This document shows, one piece after another, positions 12,801 to 25,211 of a stretch of DNA of 64,000 nt. The translations under genes were made by a program, and so were the position numbers. Each line of letters opens with the position of its first letter. Positions within the stretch are counted from its first letter, which is position 1. The notes beneath the pieces are model-generated. The model did no database searches. It was not told where the DNA came from and was given only the letters and a program-made list of their open reading frames with translations. The DNA is from Monocercomonoides exilis PA203 (taxonomy: Eukaryota; Protista; Preaxostyla), in contig LSRY02000051.1 of NCBI GenBank assembly GCA_001643675.2, forward strand, positions 310,001 to 374,000, read 5' to 3'.

Positions 12801-15023
12801 TCGGCAAGTGATAAGAGAGATGCGTATGATGGGTGCAAAAGAAACAGCAAGCGCAAGCCGAAGAGAAGGAGGATAAAACATTGTGCTTCGCAGAGTGCAT
12901 TCAGCAACTCGCAGTCGAATGAGTCGTTTGACTTCAGTTCGCATTCAACGGAAGACAGCTATGGAGGAGCTAAGGAAAGCATAATTGTTGCTTATGATGC
13001 AACGGAAGATTCAAATGTGGTTGAGGAATATGATGAAGACGACGAAGAAGATGAAGACGGTGAAGAAAGCGAGGAAGAGGAAGAGGAAGAAGAAGCAGAT
13101 AATGATGAAGGTGAAATGGCTGAGGATGATGAAGAAGAAGCATCCAATGAAAGAGACAACCATATACCATTCTTTGGAACAGTTGATATTACAAGTAAAG
13201 GAGACGAAGATTTAACTTTACACAGATTTCTCAAGGAAAGTGCAGGAGGGGAAGAAAGAGAAAACATCAGAGAAGGAGAACAAGGAGCACGAAGGAAAGC
13301 GAAGAATCGTCCAAACAGCCGAATACTTCCTCATCGTCTGCGCTCGTCTGTTTGGCGAAGGCACAGCAGAAATCAGCGGACGCGCCGTTTTGAGGGGCGC
13401 AACCGCCATTTGAGTTCTGTTGAGTCTGAAAGCTCATCGCCAAAGCAACAGAACGAGGAGGAGCTGTTTGATGAGAACATTCTCTATTTCCAGTCGCAGT
13501 CGAGGAAGGAGTCTGAGTCCGACAACCAGAGCAAGTACGACCAGGCATCGTCGCTGTTTGAGGAGAGCGAGGCAGAACAGTGTGGCTCTGTCAGCTCAAC
13601 TGTCACTATTGAAAGAGTGGCTGCTCCGATGCGCTTCAATCCAGCCATCAAAAAGGGAGAGCAGACACAACAGCAACACCAACAGCTTCAACAGCTCCAA
13701 CAACAACAGCAGCAGATTTCATCGTGTTCTGCCACTTACTCCCCCAGTTCCACAGAGTTCGACTCATTCCCTTACATCCTCTCTTCCCAGGGTCTTGTCA
13801 GCACAGATTCTTATTTGCAGAGCAAGTTCTCCTTTCCGCTGGCTACATCGCCACACGCAGGGATGTCTGCTGCTGCCAATCGAGGCGACACTTTCCCTTC
13901 TCCCATCTGCACATCCCCCGCAGTCATTGCCTCTTCGATGCTTTCAACTAACATCTCCTCTTTTCAGCACATGACAATCGAGAAACATCACCCTGTGCCT
14001 GTCATTGCCACAGGTACATTAACATTTTCTCCTTTGATTGAGTCTAATTTTCCGAACATTTACGAAGGCGCTGTCAACACCATCCCAATCTTCACTTCTC
14101 CCACGCACACTCCCACCCCAGCTGAAGCACCCATCCTCTCCTCTGTTCTTAGCGTGGCCTCGCAATCAACAACGCCTTCGCCCACTTCTTCCATCGTCTC
14201 TGCCTCTTCCCTCCATCCAGCACTGCATCAGTCCTCTGGCTTCTCCCTCCCTCCTCCCTCTGCTCTGTACGTCCAAGTCCCTTCTCCCTCGGCCAGGCGG
14301 TTCACTTTCTCTTCTGCTGCACTCGGCACAATGGCTGCTATGCCCACACGCACAATAACAACACCCAGACACACAGGAATACATTCTCTGCAACAAGGAG
14401 AGGAGCAATCTCTGATTAAGCCAGTTGCTTCATCTTCTTCATTGCTGTTGTCATCATCATCCTCTTCTTCTTCTTCAGCCAATTCAGAACTTCCATTCAC
14501 ACGTGGAGTTCCTCAAAGAAAGTATTCAGCCCCTCAGATAGAGACATCCCCACTGAAGCACCAGAAGACAGCCACAACAGCCAAACGAAAGCTTTCTTCA
14601 CGCCAACTTGCACAGCAGATGGCTGTTCAGGCAGGAAAGCAGTCTTTACCACTCGCATCAACTCCAAAGGGCTCTTCTTCTTCTTCCTCTTCCTCTTCCT
14701 CTTCCTCTTCCTCTTCCTCTTCCTCTTCCTCTTCCTTTGCCTCTGCCTCCGCCCAGCTCCACTCTTTCTCTTCTGCTTCGTCTGCTTCGTTTCCTTTGTT
14801 CTCTTTCTCTGATTCCCTTTCTCCATCGCAGGCTGCTTCGAAAGAGACAGACAGAACAATCAGAGCAGCTCAGCCTCATCTGCCTCCAAATGCCACAATG
14901 TCAACATTAAGCTCTTCATATTCAGGGCATTTCAGAGACAATTATCAGACCGACTATTCTTCTTCAAATCAATTCCTGGCTGCTTTATCATCATCAAGTT
15001 CTTCTTCTTCTTCTTCTTCTTCT

Positions 15024-15058
<35 letters not shown>

Positions 15059-17042
15059 TTCCTCTTCCTCTTCCTCTTCTTCCTCCTCAACTTCTGCTCC
15101 TTCCTCTTCCTCCTCATCCAACATTTCTGCTTTGCCTGATGAAGACAAACCCACAAACGAGTCCTGGCTGCCTCCGTGTGTCCGAACTAGCCTTCCTTCT
15201 CTTTCTCTTCCTTTGCTCCGTCCAGAGCGCTTTCTCCAGTCTCTTTCGCCTGCTGATCTGATCCCATTCACCTGCCGCCCGTTCTTCTGCATCATCGATT
15301 CAGATGCTTCTAAGTCTTTTGCTCCTCCTCACTCATTCAGACAGAAAAATCCTGTTATTCAAACTAGAAACCAGCCTAGCTTTCCCAGCGCTCCAGAATC
15401 AGCTTATCGTTCTCCCTTTCATCGCCATGGTCAACCTGTTGTCCTTCTTCTCTCGCCTTCTGTCCCTCTGATGGTGCCCTGCCATGTACATGTGGCTGTT
15501 CATGCACGCATCAATGCGAAGGGGCCTTACCCACCTTTCTCTGCCTTCCGCTCGTTTGCTGCACCGTCACAGCTTCGGACATCGATTTCGGCTGCTGAGC
15601 ACACACCGCAGCCAAACAACATTCTTCATTCATCATCATCATCATCTTCTTCTTCTTCCCCTTCAATAAATACTTCATTGCCCTCTTCTTTCTCTTCTGA
15701 GAAACCTCCTCCTGTTCACATGGTGCCTTTTCTGCCTCCTTCTTCTGTTGTCGGACGCTTCTACACACTCGGCCTTGCAGACCCTGTTGCTGCCTTCCTT
15801 ATTCTCTCTGCGCCAATCATCAGCTTCATCGAGTCCCTCTGCCGAAGCGATCTGTTTCCGTCTTGTCTCTCTTTCCCTCTGCACCCTGCTCACATCCCTT
15901 CCAAAACGCACATTGCAGATATGGCAGAAGCGCACAGCACAGCCAGCGACGCCTCGTCAGTACAACAACAGACAGGAACAGCACATCCCCACACCTCCTT
16001 CACAACAGCTGCAGGGAAGAAGATGGTCTGCCCGTGTGTTGCATATGCCATTGGCTCTGTTCATTCTCTTCTCTCTGCTTATTCTGCTGCCATGCCCATC
16101 CGCACCTCCCAGCAGACTGAAGCTTCGATGCTCTCAAAATCTCCTTCTTTGCCTTTGAATGTGTCTCCGTCTCTTTTAGAAAGCCTGGTGACCTTCTCTT
16201 ACAATGACAGTGCTCCATCAGCTGCCTTGCTGAACAGCGAAGCCAGTTCAATGCATTCTTCTGCCAGGTTTTCGAATCCTTCTTCGCTGGCATCGTCTTC
16301 TGCCTCAGCTGAGCATTCGTCTCTTTCAGCGTCTGCTTTATCTTCGCATTCATATGAACTCAATCAGAATCACCCAACTGCGTATTCAAGCAAACAACCA
16401 CTTCATTCTGTTCCTTCTTCCTCTTCCTCCACCTCTTCCTTGTCCTCCTCTTATACATCCTCTTCCTCTTCCTCTTCCTCCTCTTCTTCTTCTTCTTCAG
16501 CATCCCTCTCTTCTGTTGCATATTCTCAAAGACCCTTTCTAACCGACGATCGTTGGTCGATGCTGCCCCACCTGTCTGCCAAGCCTGAGACTCTTCTCCG
16601 CTGCCGCGAGTTGATCGAGCGCACGTTTGTGCTGATGACTCATCTGTATCTCCACCCGCATCTCCATCTGCCTCCTCCTTCTGCATACGATGTGCTGTGC
16701 GACCAACGCTGGAGCCTGCATTTTGCCGGATCTGCTGGCTCTGCTGGTTCTGCCTTTTGCTCCTCCTCTACACCTCTCTGGAAGACTTCTTCAGAATGCA
16801 TCGACGCCTCCTTCTTGCGTCTGTGCGAAGACCCGTTCATTCGGCATTTTGTGCTGCGCCACACGCTGCTGTATGCCATGATGAGGATGCATGTTGCATA
16901 TCAGGAGGCGCCTTCCCAGTGTTTCCCTTCGTCCAACCCGGAGCTCCCGCTTTGGTGGCTGACACACCCCGTCTGGCAACGACTGGTCCAGGAGCTTGCG
17001 AAACTCTGCGGGGTTGAAGGGATTTATGCACCAATTAGATGA
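6821..17042 (+). CDS. SCAI: SCAI-family protein, about 3,333 aa, with very large low-complexity insertions; exons 6821-6946, 7003-7164, 7225-7714, 7819-17042
   Basis: Three GT-AG introns join in frame. SCAI blocks occur in order: AFDAFRELWGFQQ...IGSIAYKIG, AFLFFREIYGRQYF, LKYLFRFLSCSLIL, ENPRTLLLQNPS, MLYLTG, DLIPFTCRPFFCIIDSD, HGQPVVLLLSP, GRFYTLGLADPVAAF, EDPFIRHFVLRH...MRMH...FPSSNPELP. Recognised from memory of the family, not from a search. Confidence 0.8.
14995..15120 (+). repeat. (TCT/TCC)n poly-Ser coding repeat, the longest of several in the SCAI gene
   Basis: Read directly; similar tracts near 9285, 11650, 14670 and 16420. Confidence 0.9.
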
Positions 17043-18110
17043 TAGGTTTTCAGTGGCAAATACTTTCTTTGCACAACAATATGAATTGGGTTTGAATGTT
17101 TATATGGAAGAAGAGAAAATCAATCCAAAGTAGTTTTAATATATTTTCATATTCATTGAATTTTTTGTTACTTTTTCGTTTTGTTGTAATTATTTATTGA
17201 ATTATCTGGTTGTTGTTTCCTCTCCTTTTTGAGTGATTGAATTCAAACATTTGCATTTTTCATTTTTTTTTTTCATTCTTTCTTTCACATCTTGCTTTTG
17301 GTTGTTGTCTCGATTCGTTAATGGCAAAGCATGTCATTTACCTCTGCCTTACAAAAAATTTTGGAATGTTTGAAAATGTTTGATTGTTCGATAGATTTGA
17401 TGTTTAGTCATAAATAAATTTTTGACTCTATTTGTTTTTCTCAACTTTCATAATCTTTTCATTTATTATTTAAGTATGTTTTTAGACTTATGTTTTTTCT
17501 TTTCTTTTTTTCCTTTCTTTTTCTATTTAGCAGCAAACTTTTAGAAAGGGAAATTGCTAATTATGGAATTTTTGAATATTTAGTTCCTTTTTGCTTCGGC
17601 TTTTATATGTTAATATTTTTTTTTTTAAGTTGAATTAAATATTTTTTTTATGGAGAAAAAATGAATTTATATCGTGTGTTTAGAAATAAAATGAAAAAAT
17701 AATAATTGCTCGTTTTTTGATGTTTAGTGTGTAAATTTTGAAAAAAGAAATACTTATTTCCATTGAACCAATTCAGATGTTTTGTTGGAAAATGGGTGAT
17801 TATTCTCGAAAAGAATTGTTTTTCAAACGCGTGCGTTATCAAGCAGAAAATTTACACTAACATGTTCATGCTTTTTATTTGTCTCAATTCATCAAAAAAT
17901 TCAAGAACCAACATCTGAGCATTTTCAAAAGCTGTGAAGTCTATTTATTTCATTAAAAAAGTGTTGAATTCAAATCGAAGTTTTTCTTTCTATTTCCAAA
18001 ATGGAAATAATTGTTTCATATGGAATTATTTTTTAATCAAAATATCATAATTTTTTGTATTGTGCATTTATTTCCACAAAATAATAAAATATTTTTTTAT
18101 CAATTTTTTC

Positions 18111-18112
<2 letters not shown>

Positions 18113-18156
<44 letters not shown>
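18113..18156. repeat. Poly-T run of about 44 nt
   Basis: Read directly. Confidence 0.9.
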
Positions 18157-18161
<5 letters not shown>

Positions 18162-18264
18162 GAAAATGATAAACTTTGATAGAGTTAAAAAAGAAAATGT
18201 TTGAAACATGCAGTTGTTAATTACCATGCCAACATTTTTTTCACGTCATATCATATGTGGCTGA

Positions 18265-18459
18265 TCCTTTTTGAAATCACACTTTCGTTCGAGTTTTGAT
18301 CAAAATATAAATCTCAATGGGATTTAAAAAAAATGAACTGCATATGTGAATTCACATTGTTTTTGATGCTGTAATTTCAGAGACATCAATATTACGATAA
18401 ATCCTATTGAGATTCAATTTTAGATCAAAACTCGAACGAAAGTGTGATTTCAAAAAGGA
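18265..18459. mobile_element. Small foldback/MITE-like element
   Basis: Perfect 37-bp inverted repeat at 18265-18301 and 18423-18459, continuing inward imperfectly for about 25 bp more. Confidence 0.65.
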
Positions 18460-19829
18460 CAGACATATTTTTTATCAGATTTTTTTATCAGATAGTTTAT
18501 GCGTTATTGGGGAAAAAAAGGAGGATGAAGGGGGGGGGGGGGTACAAAACAGTTTCAGAATTCATTTATCAAATATTTTTTAACATTGAATTTTGATTTA
18601 AACGCTTTTTTGTTATTTTAATTCAACTTTAATCTGCTTTTCAAAAATCCTTCTAATAATCAACATCCTGAATTATATTGAATTACAAAATAAACTATCA
18701 TTATATTTGATGGGAAAATAATGAAAACGTTGAAATAGATCATTAATTTTTTCTTTTATTTTTTTCAACATTTCTGAAGTGAAAAATTCATGTATTTATA
18801 TATTTGAAAAGATTCTTTTGTTCATTTGAGGGAATAAATGAACTTTCAAGCTTTTTTTGCACAAAGGACAAAATAATTGTTTCAATCATAACTTTACTAA
18901 ATTCTCTCAGATTTCTTCATAAATACTATTCTCATATCCATGAACAGATATCATTAATGTTACACCACAATGTTTTGTGTTTTCGCACGTATTTCAAAAA
19001 AAAACACATTTTCCCCTTATTTTTTGATCAAAAAAGACAATTAAAAGTGCATAATTTTTCTATGAAAAAGCTTGAAGTTTCAAAATTTTCTCCACATCAT
19101 GAATTTTTCTTTCTTGAAAATCGAATAAAGAATACAGATATTCAGGTTTGCTAAATATAAAAATTTTTTGTTAGAATTTCGAGACTTATGTTTCAAATAA
19201 GCCAAAAAAAATTGAAATTCATTAAATGTATGTGATTATTTTTGAAATCATAACTTTATACGGAGAGCCACTTTTTCAAATGTTGTTTATCTTTGAGTTG
19301 AAATTTTGTATTCAATTGAAAAACACATCGCAATTGTTTTATTAGTCTAAGTTTCTGTTGAAATAAGGATGAAAAATGTATTTTGAAAATTTATTTATTT
19401 TTTTATCTTTTTTTGCAGATATATGCGATTATTTTTGAGACCATATAGGGGAAAATACAGACTTTAAAGCTTTTTTATTGAAAAATAAAGTGTTTCTAAT
19501 TGACTTTTTGAGAAAAAAATGATGAATGAAATGAGTTCATTTTTCATGATACGTGTGAGGCTACAAAGCACTTTGTGATATTTTTCTATGATTTTTGTTC
19601 ACAGAAGAAAAAATGCAATTTATTTTGAAATCTGAAAAAGTGAAGAAAAGAAATTAGAGAAAAAAAATTTTTTTTTGTTGAGGGTAACTTTGCACCACAA
19701 TTCAAAACTTATATTTTCTTGAAGACAATTACTTGTTATTCATTTACAAGAAAGAATTATCATTTCAAACCTCCGGGTTAATGAGGAATTATTTTTTAAA
19801 ATTCAGAGAAAACATCTTGTTTTGATGGG

Positions 19830-20087
19830 ATGGATCAAATTTGATCGCATTGACGTCTCACATTCCGAATCACAAATCAAATATTTTTCTAAAAATAAAA
19901 CTGTTCCAAGAAAATGAAGCAATATGGAATTGGATAATGAGATTTTTGCCATTTGCAGTGAACAGAAGATGCCCGAAGTGGAGGAATAAATTTTCCATAG
20001 AAGCTCAAGATAATTGCAGAAATAACAGGTGCAACAGATGTTGAAAATACTGCTCATTGTTGGGATTAACTCTATTGAAAAATTCAA
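19830..20087 (+). pseudogene. Merlin/IS1595(ISXO2)-type transposase, N-terminal zinc-ribbon part (5' half of an interrupted gene)
   Basis: RRCPKW...NRCNRC*KYCSLLGLTLLKNS joins across the insertion to KIP at 23849, matching the Cys-ribbon followed by T.L.NSKIP pattern of ISXO2-like transposases. Confidence 0.6.
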
Positions 20088-23000
20088 GGCATAGGTCTAA
20101 ATGCGCTCCTTTTACAAATTGCGTTTTTATTCAATATTTTTATGATGAATTAATAGTTAATAATTATTTAAAAACTTTTTATGGACCGATTTTTCGAAAA
20201 AGATTTTTCTTGTTGAAAAAAATGATTTTTGAAAAATGACCCATAAAAACATGAATTTCATTGAAAAATATTCAAATTTAAAAGAAAATGTGATTTTTAC
20301 ACATCAAAAGTGTTTGCATTATTATATAGACTTATTTGTTAATTTTCATAACAAAAAATGAAAATCATAAATAAAAAATTTTATAAATATTTTTGATCTA
20401 ACCCACAAGTAAATTATTTATTATATAAATAGTTGAATTTGTTGTTCTGGTTTAAATAGAACCTAAAAGTTTGTAATTCGTTCACTTTTATATGTTAATA
20501 TAAGTATATTATTATATGCACACTTGTATAATATCGAAAACAGCTCTCTTTTTTCAATCAGATTTACATGTGCTTTTTGACTTGTATGTTTTTAAGCTGC
20601 AAGAAAAATTTTTCAAATTGATAGCAATGGAATGTATGATGTTTAAAAATAATTATGAAGTGTGAAAAATGTTAATTTTGATTTATGATGTGATGAAATG
20701 ACAAATATTTTTATTTTTTAACTTTATATTTAAAAATTTACTTAATAAATGCAATGCAACCGGTAATTATATGGTTTAATTAATCTGTTAATGTCAATAA
20801 TTTATTTTTTAGTTGAGAATAATTGAGTATTTATTTTTAATAAATAATTCTTTTTTCTTTTCATTTTTTTATTTATCATTACATGCCACAGATATAAATA
20901 GAAATGGTTTTAATATGAACAACGCAAAGCGAGTTTAGGGTATATATTTTTTTCACATTGTGAAACTGCTTTTGAAATAACACTTATTATTTCTTCTTCA
21001 AAAATATTTAAATCATTTTATTTTCAAAATCGGAAATGAAACATAAAACAAAAATGAATAAGATATTAATATAAATGCAGCTCCATCAAAACAATAAAAA
21101 ACAATAACAACATAGGATTTGCAACAAAAAAATATGTTAATTGCAGTTTTTGCAAAGTGAAGAAGTCTCAATAAATAATTTGAAATGTTTTCTGATTCAA
21201 TTCTAGTTTTTTATCCACTCATTGTAACTCCACCTTCTTGTGAATTCATGATTGTTGTGTCTTTCGTCAAAACAGAACAGTTGGAGATATCCACAAGAGA
21301 TCCTTTCCATCTGCAAATCTCATCATCTCTTTCTCTCATCTCATTCACTTCCATTCCTTCTTCCTCTTTTTCATCTCCTTCCTCTCCATCAATCGCACGC
21401 AATCCAACTCTCACATCAACACACTCACAAATATCTCCCATTCCCCCTCTCCTTTTCATTCCCTTGTGTTGATTAAAAGAGCAATTCAGTACACTCATTC
21501 TCTTTTCTGCTCCTTCCATCTTCAACACACTCTCATTCACACAAACAGAGTTATTCTCAAAATTCACTTCCTTCATCTCCATATCAACCTACCCTCCAAC
21601 ACAAATCAAACCACAATAACTCTACATATCCGAAACTCCAATCTCACTCATCGAAATCTTTCCCTCTTTGGTGTATGAGAGAAATGGTGCTGTGGTGCAA
21701 ATCCCATCAAATGTTGTTTCTGTCATCTTCAGCTCTCCACTCTCCGCACTCACAATAGTGCTCTTCATCACAAGATCCATTGATAACGAGCTGAAAAAGC
21801 ATTCTGAAATTTCCAATCTCACATCCTTCTCTTTCAAAACACTCTCCTCAACCCCTTCAAATGCCTCTCAAAACACAAATCCACATCTCTCCACAACACA
21901 CTCATCAACAAACACAATCACACTTCCTCCATTCATTTCATCTTGTTCAATCCTTGTGTTCAGATGAATGGTTGCCTGCGCCATCTTCAATGATTTCACA
22001 TTCAAATCTCCAATCTCACACACTCCCCCAATCAGACATTCTCCATCAATCAGAATCATATTCGAAACACTCATTTCAATATGTCGAACTCCTGAGCAAA
22101 TGCTTTTCATTCTTCTCCCGTGCATCGCACTATCTGTTGTCTCTCCACTGTGCGATGCAGACGTTGCAATACGAGCTATGCTTGTTAAAGACATCAAATA
22201 AACCTTAATCCCCACTCGATTTCCATTCACACACTCACACACTTCAATTGTTGTATTTTTCACCTCAAATGTCTCTCCTGCCTTCACACTTTTTTGTCAT
22301 CACAACTCCATCTCCTGTTGTCCGATTCACATTTCGAATTGTCAAATTCCACAGTAAACTTTCTCCTGAAAACTATTCTGCTGATGATGGATCGGCTTAC
22401 AGAGGTTGATTCATTTTTATATTTTTTTATCTCAACATCATCCATCTTCAGGTGCCTCAATGCAACTTCAAATACAGGTGCTGTTATAACACTTCCTCCA
22501 ATTGCTCCTGAGATCACCACATCCTTCAGCGAGAGAGTCCTGCTCCCCACATACATAACAAACACACCTGACAATGAGATCCTTGCTGTGTTGTGATCCA
22601 TTCTATTTCCTCCAGTTCTATCAACAATCACCTTTCTTCCTATTGAACACAAACGCACAAGCAGTGCAATTACATCTCCTTCATTCCTGTTTTCATTCCC
22701 ATTCAATTTCAGCAAATCTGATGGAATTGTCAGTGGTGTGAAAAAATACTAATGAGTTTGCATTCACTTTTGATCCCAACAACATATCACTCCCATCCTA
22801 TTAAAAACATATTTCAAAAAAATAATATTCAACTCATGTATCCTCCTTAACTTTATTCTATCTTCAATGCTCCTCCTTCGTTGCTCATCATCGACTTTTG
22901 CCCTTCAATCCAGCTTCCAAACATCGCCATCCATTCTCTTGCACTCTATCCAAACAGTTCTGTTTCTTTTTCTCCTTCTGCTTCGCCTCAAATTTCCAAT

Positions 23001-23840
23001 CCTTCATATAAATGTAATTTATCAAATATATTTGAAAAAAAAATAAAATCTCATTTTAACAATTCTTTTTTAATGAAAAAAAATCAAACTTTGATTTTGT
23101 GCATTGTTTTTTTCTCTTCATATCGAGTTGATTTAAGCTATTTATGTTTAATTTTGCAGAATTATTTCATCAAAGTGCGTCAGGATCGCGTCCTAGACAA
23201 AAAAATATTAACATATGAAAGGAAAAGATAATATTAAAAAACTAAGCAAATGAAATTCAAAATTTGATAAAATTAAACATTTGATATCTTTTGTATTCTA
23301 TTGCAATCAGTTTGAAAAATTTTTCTTGCAGCTTAAAAACATACAAGTCAAAAAGCACATGTAAATCTGATTGAAAAAAGAGAGCTGTTTTCGATATTAT
23401 ACAAGTGTGCATATAATAATATACTTATATTAACATATAAAAGTGAACGAATTACAAACTTTTAGGTTCTATTTAAACCAGAACAACAAATTCAACTATT
23501 TATATAATAAATAATTTACTTGTGGGTTAGATCAAAAATATTTATAAAATTTTTTATTTATGATTTTCATTTTTTGTTATGAAAATTAACAAATAAGTCT
23601 ATATAATAATGCAAACACTTTTGATGTGTAAAAATCACATTTTCTTTTAAATTTGAATATTTTTCAATGAAATTCATGTTTTTATGGGTCATTTTTCAAA
23701 AATCATTTTTTTCAACAAGAAAAATCTTTTTCGAAAAATCGGTCCATAAAAAGTTTTTAAATAATTATTAACTATTAATTCATCATAAAAATATTGAATA
23801 AAAACGCAATTTGCAAAAGGAGCGCATTTAGACCTATGCC
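20088..23840. mobile_element. Non-autonomous long-TIR DNA element 1 (3,753 bp) carrying a host gene fragment; 8-bp TSD AAATTCAA
   Basis: TIRs at 20088-20617 and 23311-23840 (530 bp, one mismatch noticed). Termini are GGCATAGGTCTAA...TTAGACCTATGCC. TSD copies lie at 20080-20087 and 23841-23848. Confidence 0.93.
21211..22990 (-). pseudogene. Fragmented ectodomain of a receptor-kinase-like family gene (cargo of element 1)
   Basis: Broken ORFs at 22284-22715, 21868-22287, 21622-21837 and 21211-21582. The last ends ICRWKGSLVDISNCSVLTKDTTIMNSQEGGVTMSG, homologous to YCKWNGSLVHSANSSLMMKDVIISNSLSGGFSVSAG in the 4,081-aa gene. Confidence 0.8.
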
Positions 23841-23848
23841 AAATTCAA

Positions 23849-24626
23849 AAATCCCTATTAATTTATTATCATGATATTTATGTGTTTCTGTGTTAACTTC
23901 GAAATATATCAATGCAGCTTGCTAACTGATGTTTCAAAACAAACTGTTTGGGGTTTTTATTCCATTGGAAGAGTATTCATGACTGATTACGGTTCAACAT
24001 CTTTTGAAAAGTTTGGCGGACCTGGAATAAATATTGAAATAGATGAAGCAATTTTGCGAAAAAGAAAGTTTAGAAAAAGAAGAAGAAAGAAACAGATATG
24101 GTTATTCGGCATGATAGAAAGAAAAGAAAATGTTTGATTGTGAGAGTGAAAAACAACAAAAAAGAGACATTTAAACAAATAATCGAAAGAAACACAATTC
24201 CAGGATCAACCATTTCCTCAGATGAATGGAAAGCCTACATCCCTTTTCATCTTTAGGTTATGATCATCACACAGTTTCTCACAAATACAATTTTGTGGAT
24301 CCAGAAAGTGGCATTTGCACAAAATTGATTGAAAGCATTTGGTCAAGTTTTTGAAAATCTCTTCCGAGAAATGGGATTAAAGAAAAATATATTGATGACT
24401 TTGTGACTAGCTTTGTTGGAAAAGATCAGAAACACTTAAATTTGAAGATTTCATTCAAAAATAACTTGTTTATAATTTCGTTAATGTTGAAAAAGAAATA
24501 GATGAAACTGAAATAGATGAAACTGAAGAATCTGATGAAAGTGATATGCCTGTTTTGAATGAAAATGTTGAATAAACTGAAGATGAATCTGATTCTTTTG
24601 GAGCAGGCGATGGAGCAGATGCATAA
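23849..24626 (+). pseudogene. Merlin/IS1595(ISXO2)-type DDE transposase, catalytic part, decayed
   Basis: FGGPGINIEIDEA, KRKFRK...WLFGMIER, IPGSTIFSDEWKAY, LGYDHHTVSHKYNFVDPESGICTKLIESIWS, then an acidic tail. Contains several stops and frameshifts. Confidence 0.9.
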
Positions 24627-25211
24627 GAGATTGAATTGTGACAAATTAATTTTTTGCAATCACATTTGGACCCTAAATAATAAATTTTCTATGATAAATG
24701 CATTTTTGTTTTAAATACTTGTTAGTTCATATTTTCCTCCGAATTATCTCTTTCAAGTATTTCGTTTTAAGAGCTTTCTTTGAATACCAACAAAATGAAA
24801 ACTGAAAAGTTTTATCTCCTTTCAAAGATAATTTTATAATAAAAATAAATTCAAAAATCTTCATTTAAAACAATTATCGTGGATTTTTCTATTGTTTGAA
24901 TAATATTTTTTCAAAGAAATAAAACCTCTTAAGAATCAATACTTCGAAAATTTTTATTATTGCAAAAATAATCACTCATTTTTTTGTATGAAAATGATAG
25001 ACTTATAAAGAGATGATAACAGAAAAAGTTTTTAACGAATCCTTATTTCTATTACAAATAAAAGAATGCTGCCATTAATAATTGAAGGAATTGAACAAAA
25101 AAATTACTTTTCAAAGTTTCTCCAACCATTATCAAAAAAAGGCAATCATTTATCAAAGACAAAACAGAAAATCTTTTGCGTTAGGAAAACATCATTTTTA
25201 AAAATAAAAAA

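Noticed and set aside
7865-17034. Dozens of short overlapping ORFs on both strands within the SCAI gene
   Set aside because: Shadow ORFs produced by trinucleotide repeats and stop-poor composition.
19200-25000. Terminal repeats for the Merlin-type element (and likewise for the pogo element near 38800 and 44200)
   Set aside because: Only short AT-rich matches were found, so the ends cannot be supported.
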